From positions 1-62,826 of the forward strand of contig JAGQMJ010000001.1 of NCBI GenBank assembly GCA_020428685.1: 62,826 nucleotides of DNA, in the 5' to 3' direction. Below, one piece after another: positions 26,440-33,114 of the stretch. How positions within the stretch are numbered: the stretch's first letter is position 1; each line of letters opens with the position of its first letter. This DNA is from Candidatus Kaiserbacteria bacterium. GTDB lineage: Bacteria; Patescibacteriota; Minisyncoccia; Phycocordibacterales; UBA918. Position numbers and translations under genes: made by a program. The notes below the pieces were generated by a model that was not told the origin of the DNA, made no database searches, and saw only the letters and a list, made by a program, of their open reading frames with translations.

Positions 26440-27642
26440 ATGAAACGTCCAGTCTTTATCATCAGTGGAGTTGTCATCATTCTTATTTTGATTGCAATTT
26501 GGGTTTACATGCTTTTCTTCGGTAGTCCAAAAAACGCCGATGATACTTTTGCAGATTTAAATCTCGGCGACACCACAGATACTTCATATATAGAAAACAC
26601 CGACACCACCGATGGGGAAGCGGTTGTAGATTTGAGCAGTCCAGACAGACTACGTCAACTAACCACCAAGCCAGTGATTGGTTTTAATGAATTTGTAAAA
26701 GACGCCAGCTCAACCCCAGCTATACTATATGTAGAAGCTGGTACTGGACATGTTTTTTCTATCGACCTAGAGACAGGTGAAGAATCCCGACTATCCGGCA
26801 CCACCATCCCTTCTAGCCAAGAAGCTGAAATAACCCCAAATGGAAAATACATCATGTACCGCTCAGGTGAGGGGAGTGGTCGTACATACTTAGTTGGAAC
26901 CATCAGTTCAACCACCAACGAACTTTCTACCTCAGACTTAGACGAGTCAATCATTAGCTTCTCAGCCACTAATGACAACCACTTCCTATACGCGGTAAAA
27001 ACCCAAAATTCAACCATTGGTAAGTCATACAATCCTGAAGACAAGACAAGTAAAACTCTATTCACCCTACCTTTCCGAGACGCTACTATTGACTGGGGTA
27101 GTACCGCTTCAGATTCACACTTTGCGTACCCAAAAACCACCAGTAAGCTAGAGAGCTTTCTATTCAAGATTGATAGTACAAAAATATCCCGACTTCCAAT
27201 CGATGGATACGGCATGTCTGCTTCAGGAAATAATGATTTGGTGATATACAGCAAACAAGACAATGGCGAGTATAAAACTTTTTTCTACAACATTAGCGAG
27301 GATTTAGTTACGAAGCATGTCCTAACCACCATCCCAGAAAAGTGTGCATTTAGTACAAATAATTCTGAGCTAGTGATTTGTGCCCAAAGTACAATCAATA
27401 ATAACCTAAACATTCCTGACTCCTGGTATTCAGGTGAGACCTATTTCGCAGACTCTATTTGGCAAACAACTTTAGCCGGGAGCGCTACCATGCTTATTAA
27501 TACAGAATCTGAATCAGGCAGGGAGTTAGATATCGTAGATATTGACTTAGGGGTTGATGATAAAAATATTTACTTCCTAAACAAAAACGATAAAACCCTT
27601 TGGCTTTACGAGCGAGTACAAAGTTTATCAAACCCTAGTTAA
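26440..27642 (+). CDS. Signal-anchored protein with probable beta-propeller (TolB-like) ectodomain (T4SS-like cluster)
   Basis: N-terminal TM (VFIISGVVIILILIAIWVYMLFF). It has repeated short beta-strand/turn motifs such as GKYIMYRSGEGSG and DLVIYSKQDNGEY. Confidence 0.45.
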   Translation: MKRPVFIISGVVIILILIAIWVYMLFFGSPKNADDTFADLNLGDTTDTSYIENTDTTDGEAVVDLSSPDRLRQLTTKPVIGFNEFVKDASSTPAILYVEAGTGHVFSIDLETGEESRLSGTTIPSSQEAEITPNGKYIMYRSGEGSGRTYLVGTISSTTNELSTSDLDESIISFSATNDNHFLYAVKTQNSTIGKSYNPEDKTSKTLFTLPFRDATIDWGSTASDSHFAYPKTTSKLESFLFKIDSTKISRLPIDGYGMSASGNNDLVIYSKQDNGEYKTFFYNISEDLVTKHVLTTIPEKCAFSTNNSELVICAQSTINNNLNIPDSWYSGETYFADSIWQTTLAGSATMLINTESESGRELDIVDIDLGVDDKNIYFLNKNDKTLWLYERVQSLSNPS

Positions 27643-27648
27643 TAGCTT

Positions 27649-28425
27649 ATGAAATACCTATCCTTTTTAGCCTTAGTAATAATCCTTACTCCTACATTTG
27701 TTTTTGCAGAGTATAAACCGTTAGTTGGAATCCCTGGAGTTACCAACGTAAACACTGACTTCAATTCATACATCAACGCCCTATACGCACTCTCCATCAG
27801 TATAGCGGCCCTACTGGCAGTGATTAAGATTGTAATTGCTGGCGTTAAATGGATGACTACAGATATCATTACCACCAAAGGGGAGGCTAAGAAAGATATT
27901 CAAGGAGCTCTGCTTGGTCTACTGGTAGTCCTGGCTGCGGTACTGATTATTACTGTAATCAACCCTGATATTCTGAAAGGAGGATTAAATATAAGTAAGT
28001 CAGCTCCAGTTAGCCATCCAGGCACTGTTAAAACACCCCCTCCATACACTATAGAAAATGGTGATCAGGTTACTGCTATTCCTCTTGGAATGGACAGTAA
28101 TTCTGTGAAAAATATGTGTGAACAAGTCGATACTGATAAATGTAATGACTACTGGTTTAGTAAGACTTGGGATAATGAAATAAGCTGCTATAAGGGCGAG
28201 TACTACAAACCATCAGGTGGGGCAGAGGTTTGTATCACAAGAGCTAAAGATCTAAAGCTTGATAGTTTTAGTTGTATAGACTCAGGTAAAACTGAGTATG
28301 ATAATGAAGCTGGGACTGACAATATACTATACAACTGCTCAACCGCCAGAAGTGCTTGTGTTAATGCTGGAGGTAAAGCAGGTGACAGCACTAAGTATTC
28401 AAAAAGTGTGTCTTGTAGCTATTAA
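27649..28425 (+). CDS. VirB2/TrbC-like T4SS pilin fused to a 150-aa 8-Cys C-terminal domain
   Basis: Signal peptide ending VFAEY and two hydrophobic helices (LYALSISIAALLAVIKIVIAGV; ALLGLLVVLAAVLIITVI). After a PPP linker comes a domain holding all 8 Cys residues. Confidence 0.55.
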   Translation: MKYLSFLALVIILTPTFVFAEYKPLVGIPGVTNVNTDFNSYINALYALSISIAALLAVIKIVIAGVKWMTTDIITTKGEAKKDIQGALLGLLVVLAAVLIITVINPDILKGGLNISKSAPVSHPGTVKTPPPYTIENGDQVTAIPLGMDSNSVKNMCEQVDTDKCNDYWFSKTWDNEISCYKGEYYKPSGGAEVCITRAKDLKLDSFSCIDSGKTEYDNEAGTDNILYNCSTARSACVNAGGKAGDSTKYSKSVSCSY

Positions 28426-28437
28426 CTCAAGAATGAT

Positions 28438-28469
28438 AAAACACCCAGACCTATAGGTCTGGGTGTTTT
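28438..28469. terminator. Bidirectional intrinsic terminator
   Basis: AAAACACCCAGACC-TATA-GGTCTGGGTGTTTT between the pilin gene and yidC. Confidence 0.85.
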
Positions 28470-28509
28470 ATTGTTCTACTTTGATTCTATCTAGATAAAA
28501 CTTATCTTT

Positions 28510-29238
28510 CTATCGGTGCTTTCGGATATAAAACTCTTGACCAATACTAATGAGATTACTCACAAAGAAGTAGAGGGCGATAGCGGCTGAGATAGAGTAG
28601 GCTACCAAAGTAATAAGAACCGGCATCACATACTTCATCTGCAACTGCATATTGCGCATAAAGTCCTCTTTCATATCTGGAGCAGCCCCTTCCTCTTTTG
28701 GAGCCAGCTTCGGCATAGTTAGATTTACATAAATAAACTGAGTCACTCCTGCCGCTAAAGCTAGAAGGAAACTGCGACTAGTGATATCTAAAGATCCAAG
28801 AAACTCCATTGTGATAGCGGTTGGAGCCGCCACAAAAGAGTAGAGGATATCAGTGTTTATGTCTGGTAAAGGAATTCCGCCGCCACTAGAAACAGAGAAG
28901 TAAAGCGCGATAATGATTGGGATTTGTAAAAATATTAGTAAAATACTCGCAAACGGATTCATACCCGCATCCCGGTAAATCTCCATCATCGCCTGTGCCT
29001 GCTGTTGTTTATCGTCTTTAAATTTTACCTTCAGCTCTTTTAGCTTTGGCTCAATATCTTTCATTATCTTCTGTGTCTTTGCCGCTTTGATAGAGATCGG
29101 AAGTAAAACTGTCTTCACCAATAAAACAGTAGCGATAATTGCTAATCCAACATCGCCACCAGGGATTACATCAATAAAAAAAACCAGTGAATTATAAACT
29201 GGGTCAAAAAAGAACGTGTGCCAAATATTACTAAACAT
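28510..29238 (-). CDS. yidC: Membrane protein insertase YidC (short form)
   Basis: 242 aa, YidC/Oxa1 topology, located downstream of rnpA in the conserved rpmH-rnpA-yidC order. Confidence 0.85.
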   Translation of the reverse strand: MFSNIWHTFFFDPVYNSLVFFIDVIPGGDVGLAIIATVLLVKTVLLPISIKAAKTQKIMKDIEPKLKELKVKFKDDKQQQAQAMMEIYRDAGMNPFASILLIFLQIPIIIALYFSVSSGGGIPLPDINTDILYSFVAAPTAITMEFLGSLDITSRSFLLALAAGVTQFIYVNLTMPKLAPKEEGAAPDMKEDFMRNMQLQMKYVMPVLITLVAYSISAAIALYFFVSNLISIGQEFYIRKHR

Positions 29239-29252
29239 AAGTGAGTTCTATT

Positions 29253-29585
29253 CTACGCACTTTTAGTGATTGGAGCAATTGACTCAACCAGAAACTCATC
29301 CGCTGCTGCACGGGTAAGTGAGTTGAATCCTGGTTTTACCACTACAATAAAAACCCCAGTTTGGTTATTAACCTTAAAAACATCTTGTAGGCGAGCATAA
29401 ATGCGACGTTTTATTTTGTTTCTACGTACAGCGTGTTTAGATACTTTTTTACCGACCACAACAGCCACATGCAGGGAAGGGTGTTGATTATAAACAATAG
29501 TTAGATTGTCATTGTTATAACGTTTACCAATTTTAAAAAACCTACTGAAGTCCTCTCGATTCAATCGTTCTGACTTTTTAAACAT
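29253..29585 (-). CDS. rnpA: Ribonuclease P protein component
   Basis: 110 aa, basic, carrying KKVSKHAVRRNKIKRRI (RNR-like motif). It follows rpmH. Confidence 0.85.
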   Translation of the reverse strand: MFKKSERLNREDFSRFFKIGKRYNNDNLTIVYNQHPSLHVAVVVGKKVSKHAVRRNKIKRRIYARLQDVFKVNNQTGVFIVVVKPGFNSLTRAAADEFLVESIAPITKSA

Positions 29586-29604
29586 AGTTTAGTTAGTATA
29601 TAAG

Positions 29605-29630
29605 AAAAAAAGCTCTATTGAGCTTTTTTT
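29605..29630 (-). terminator. Hairpin with flanking A/T runs overlapping the rpmH stop (possible attenuator before rnpA)
   Basis: AAAAAAAGCTC-TATT-GAGCTTTTTTT. Confidence 0.4.
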
Positions 29631-29764
29631 ACTGTTAGTTGAGCGCGACCTTTTCGTCGTCTAGCTTGAATAATCTTTCTTCCACTTGGGGTTGCAGATC
29701 TCACTAGAAAACCGTGTGTAGTTGCACGCTTTTTCTTACTTGGTTGATAGGTTCGTTTTGGCAT
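29615..29764 (-). CDS. rpmH: 50S ribosomal protein L34 (absent from the ORF track because it is under 60 aa)
   Basis: Hand translation: [49 protein letters not shown]. Confidence 0.95.
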   Translation of the reverse strand: MPKRTYQPSKKKRATTHGFLVRSATPSGRKIIQARRRKGRAQLTVKKAQ

Positions 29765-29865
29765 AACAATTTCGTAGATTTATTACAGACAGAACTATAC
29801 ATGAATAAATAAATATTTCAATAGGGAAGTAGGTTGTTGAAAAAGTTGTTATAAGTTATACACAG

Positions 29866-29885
29866 TTTATCCCCAGTTGCATTTT
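29866..29885 (+). promoter_or_regulatory. Two DnaA-box-like 9-mers upstream of dnaA
   Basis: TTATACACA (29866-29874) and TTATCCCCA (29877-29885). Each matches TTATCCACA at 8 of 9 positions. Confidence 0.55.
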
Positions 29886-29932
29886 TGTAATCAAAAAAGA
29901 TGTTTTAATAATTGGAATTTTTGCTAAAAATA

Positions 29933-29960
29933 TTTACAGTTTTTTTGGCACGGGTATAAT
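29933..29960 (+). promoter_or_regulatory. dnaA promoter
   Basis: TTTACA-N16-TATAAT, 27 nt upstream of the dnaA ATG. Confidence 0.55.
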
Positions 29961-29987
29961 GCATTTTACTAATCGATTTAGAACGAT

Positions 29988-31373
29988 ATGTCTCACATCT
30001 CTCATCAATCAACATCAAACAGTATTGTTCACACCGAACAAGTAGATGTTAAACAATTATGGGACGATGCTTTAGTAAAGATTGAATTATCAATCACCAC
30101 CGCAAACTTTAAAACCTGGTTTAGAGATACACACATCATCTCACTAGAAGATGGGACAGCTACTGTTGGGGTACCAAGTGTTTTTGTTAAAGACTGGTTG
30201 CAAGACAAGTTTCAAACAATGATTCTTAAGACCCTCCGCGACTTAACACCTTACGTCCGAAGTGTTGAATATACTGTGGCGCAAAGAAATGAACGTAAAC
30301 AAGAATCAACCAAAAACCAAACTGTTAACGCTTCACTACCTTTAGAGGATTACTATATCAATAAGAGTGATAACCTTAATCCAAAATATTCTTTTGATAC
30401 TTTTGTGGTTGGACCATACAACGCTCTAGCTCACGCAGCAGCAAAAACCGTCAGTGAGAAACCTGGTATCACATACAATCCGTTGTTTATTTACGGCAAG
30501 ACTGGTCACGGTAAAACTCACCTTATCCAAGCAGTAGGGAATCATATAAAGAAAACTGGTAAGAAAGTTTTTTATGTAACCAGTGAACGTTTTGCGGTTG
30601 ATTATTTCAATGCACTTCAGAGCGGTAGCGCCAACAACTTCAAAGATAGATATCGTCAGTATGATGTACTGATTATGGACGATATTCAATTCCTAGCTAC
30701 TAAAGAAAAGACTCAGGAAGAATTGTTTCATCTATTCAACGCCCTGCATGACAATAATAAACAAATTGTCTTCTCGAGTGATCAACATCCAGCTTTATTA
30801 AACGGAATGGAGGAAAGACTACAATCTCGTTTCTCGCAAGGAATGATTGTCGACCTACCGGCTCCTGACCTAGAATCACGCGCTGCAATTCTAAGAGCAA
30901 AATCTTCTCAAAACAGCATCACGCTGAGTGATGATGTAGTTCAACATCTTGCTGAAAGTATTGAAGGTAACGTGCGTGAGCTCGAGGGGGCACTGAACAC
31001 AATTATGTGCCAGTCCCAACTCCTTGGACGCACACTATCTATTGATGAAGTGAGAACTATTATTAAAAATAGCTCTCGACCAAGAAAAACTCTCGCTATT
31101 ACTGATGTGGTTGAGAAAGTGGCAAGGTACTATGATATTGATCAAGCTAGTATTTACGAAAAAACTCGTCGGAAGGAAGTAGTGAAGCCGAGGCAGATTA
31201 TTATGTATATCCTCCGGGAAGATTTTCAAGTTTCTTACCCAGCTATTGGCAAAAAACTTGGTGGTCGCGACCACACAACAGTAATCCACTCCTGTGAAAA
31301 GATTAAGGCAGAACTAAAGCATGATGGGGAACTAGAGGAGGAAATAACCCAAGTTAGGCTACTCTTAAAATAA
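29988..31373 (+). CDS. dnaA: Chromosomal replication initiator DnaA
   Basis: Walker A GKTGHGKTHL, Walker B LIMDDIQFL, NVRELEGAL, and the C-terminal DNA-binding GGRDHTTVIHSCEKI. Confidence 0.95.
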   Translation: MSHISHQSTSNSIVHTEQVDVKQLWDDALVKIELSITTANFKTWFRDTHIISLEDGTATVGVPSVFVKDWLQDKFQTMILKTLRDLTPYVRSVEYTVAQRNERKQESTKNQTVNASLPLEDYYINKSDNLNPKYSFDTFVVGPYNALAHAAAKTVSEKPGITYNPLFIYGKTGHGKTHLIQAVGNHIKKTGKKVFYVTSERFAVDYFNALQSGSANNFKDRYRQYDVLIMDDIQFLATKEKTQEELFHLFNALHDNNKQIVFSSDQHPALLNGMEERLQSRFSQGMIVDLPAPDLESRAAILRAKSSQNSITLSDDVVQHLAESIEGNVRELEGALNTIMCQSQLLGRTLSIDEVRTIIKNSSRPRKTLAITDVVEKVARYYDIDQASIYEKTRRKEVVKPRQIIMYILREDFQVSYPAIGKKLGGRDHTTVIHSCEKIKAELKHDGELEEEITQVRLLLK

Positions 31374-31407
31374 ATAAAAACTGGCTTAAATAAGCCAGTT
31401 TTTATTT
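31372..31407 (+). terminator. dnaA intrinsic terminator
   Basis: AAATAAAAACTGGCTTA / TAAGCCAGTTTTTATTT hairpin. Confidence 0.7.
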
Positions 31408-31439
31408 ATTCACACCACCCAAAACTTTTCCCCAATAAT

Positions 31440-31715
31440 CATTTAATAAGTCGTGGATAGAGAACAATGGGGGTGTGGGTAGTGTTAGAAAAATATTTAA
31501 TAAGTCATAAAAAATCGTGGATAAAGTGTATACTAATCAACAGTTGGTTACCCTGAAAAAAACTATCCACATTCCTATCCAGTTAAAATTAATCACTACC
31601 CACAACCATTCACAGTTGGTGGTACATATACAGACTTTAAAACACACCATAATTTACACTTTTGCACACTTCCACACCCCTAATAATAAAGAGTAAAATA
31701 GAGTAATATAAAAAT
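31440..31715. promoter_or_regulatory. Probable oriC (dnaA-dnaN intergenic DnaA-box cluster plus AT-rich unwinding region)
   Basis: Boxes are CGTGGATAG (31452-31460), CGTGGATAA (31516-31524), CTATCCACA (31563-31571) and CTATCCAGT (31575-31583). The 12-nt direct repeat ATTTAATAAGTC (31441, 31495) precedes the first two boxes. An AT-rich tract spans 31681-31715. Confidence 0.7.
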
Positions 31716-32810
31716 ATGGAGATAACTATTCCACACCCACAGTTAGTAAATGCTTTAGAGTTAATCGGAAGAATTAGCAGTAAGCATGTGACCTTACCTG
31801 TGTTGCAATGTGTACGACTGGAAGCGAAAGAAAACCTAATTACTTTACAAGCAACTAATCTTGAAATTAGTATTGAAGTACCGATTACTGGAACTATTAT
31901 TGAGGAGGGTGTAGTGGCTGTGCCAACCCAAACTTTCTTACAGAGTATTCAGTTCATTACTCAGAAAGATATTACTCTTAGGACTGAGGATCAAGTTTTA
32001 CAACTTGAGACCAATAGTACCAATACTTCAATTAAAACTTATGCGGTTGATGAGTTCCCAAACCTTCACCAGTTGCAGGGAAGTGAGCATAAGGTGCAAG
32101 GGTCTACTTTTGCATATGGTATCAAGAGTGTGGCATTTTCAGCCTCTCAGACGTCTATCAAGCCAGAGCTGGGAAGTGTCTTTATTCAGCAGAAAAAAGA
32201 ACATTCTCTAACCTTTGTGGCGACTGACTCGTTTCGTTTGATGGAGAAGACTGTAGCGCAAAAAGGTTTGGTGCTAGATCAGTCGATAATGATTCCTCAA
32301 AAAAACGCTTTAGAATTAGCGAGGGTGTGTGAAGCTTTGGAAGAGGATCCGGTTTTTGTTAGTAACGACAACCAGTGCGCCTTAAGGTTCCCGAGTGGGG
32401 TTTATATCTCGTCCAGATTAGTGAGTGGTAGTTTTCCTGATTATGCACAGATAATTCCAAAAGAATTCGTTTCTCACGTGACAGTTCTAAAAGATGATTT
32501 ACTAAAATCTTTTAAAAAGACTAATATCTTTCTAAATAAGTTTAGACAAGTATCATTGATGATTACTTCAAACAACCTAACTATTTCTTCACAAAATAAT
32601 GAAGTTGGTCATACAACCGATACAGTAAAAGCTTTGGTGGAAGGGGAGGAGTTAACTCTTAGTTTTAATCAACAGTATGTAATGGATCCTTTATCTCATA
32701 TTAGTGATGATTCAATTATTATGAGTTTTGCTGGTATTGGTAGAGCGGTGATTATTCAAGGTGTCACAGATAAGACTCTTAGGTATCTAGTGATGCCGAT
32801 GAATAAATAG
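31716..32810 (+). CDS. dnaN: DNA polymerase III beta sliding clamp
   Basis: 364 aa with three-domain clamp length and pattern (LQATNLEISIE, ATDSFRL, YLVMPM), positioned after dnaA. Confidence 0.9.
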   Translation: MEITIPHPQLVNALELIGRISSKHVTLPVLQCVRLEAKENLITLQATNLEISIEVPITGTIIEEGVVAVPTQTFLQSIQFITQKDITLRTEDQVLQLETNSTNTSIKTYAVDEFPNLHQLQGSEHKVQGSTFAYGIKSVAFSASQTSIKPELGSVFIQQKKEHSLTFVATDSFRLMEKTVAQKGLVLDQSIMIPQKNALELARVCEALEEDPVFVSNDNQCALRFPSGVYISSRLVSGSFPDYAQIIPKEFVSHVTVLKDDLLKSFKKTNIFLNKFRQVSLMITSNNLTISSQNNEVGHTTDTVKALVEGEELTLSFNQQYVMDPLSHISDDSIIMSFAGIGRAVIIQGVTDKTLRYLVMPMNK

Positions 32811-32812
32811 TT

Positions 32813-33109
32813 ATGGAAAACTACGGAGCACCTAAGCCGATGAAAAAGCTGGGTGATTTGTTTGAAAAATATCGTAACCACTTCAAGGCTCCTCAAGCCT
32901 CAGTGGTTAAGGAGGCGGTTTTGGTGATTAAGGAAGTGACAGGTTTTGATATTCCGATAGATAAGGTGAAGTATAACACCAATACAAGGGCTTTAAATAT
33001 TAATATGCCTAGTATTATCAAGTCTGAACTAAAGTTTCATCACCAAGCAATTTTAAGTAAGTTGAGTTTAAAACTTGGTAGCGATACGGCGCCAAAAAAT
33101 ATTTTTTAA
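32813..33109 (+). CDS. DUF721-like small protein (DciA-type candidate)
   Basis: 98 aa, starting 2 nt after dnaN. It fits the pattern V.Y...TRALNINMPSIIKSELKFHHQAILSKL typical of DUF721. Confidence 0.4.
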   Translation: MENYGAPKPMKKLGDLFEKYRNHFKAPQASVVKEAVLVIKEVTGFDIPIDKVKYNTNTRALNINMPSIIKSELKFHHQAILSKLSLKLGSDTAPKNIF

Positions 33110-33114
33110 AAGTT

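Noticed and set aside
26655-27263. A 202-aa antisense ORF inside the propeller-like gene, and a 206-aa antisense ORF inside polA (42356-42976).
   Set aside because: They are long but Ser/Leu-rich, on the opposite strand of genes whose frames carry coherent domain signatures. polA in particular is unambiguous. No start context was seen.
15852-28425. Interpreting the T4SS-like cluster as an integrative conjugative element or plasmid remnant.
   Set aside because: It has no relaxase, coupling protein, integrase, replication or partition genes, and no flanking direct repeats or tRNA. Composition resembles the adjacent core genes. The xer gene at 2118-3053 has a canonical XerC/D N-terminal domain and is 13 kb away.
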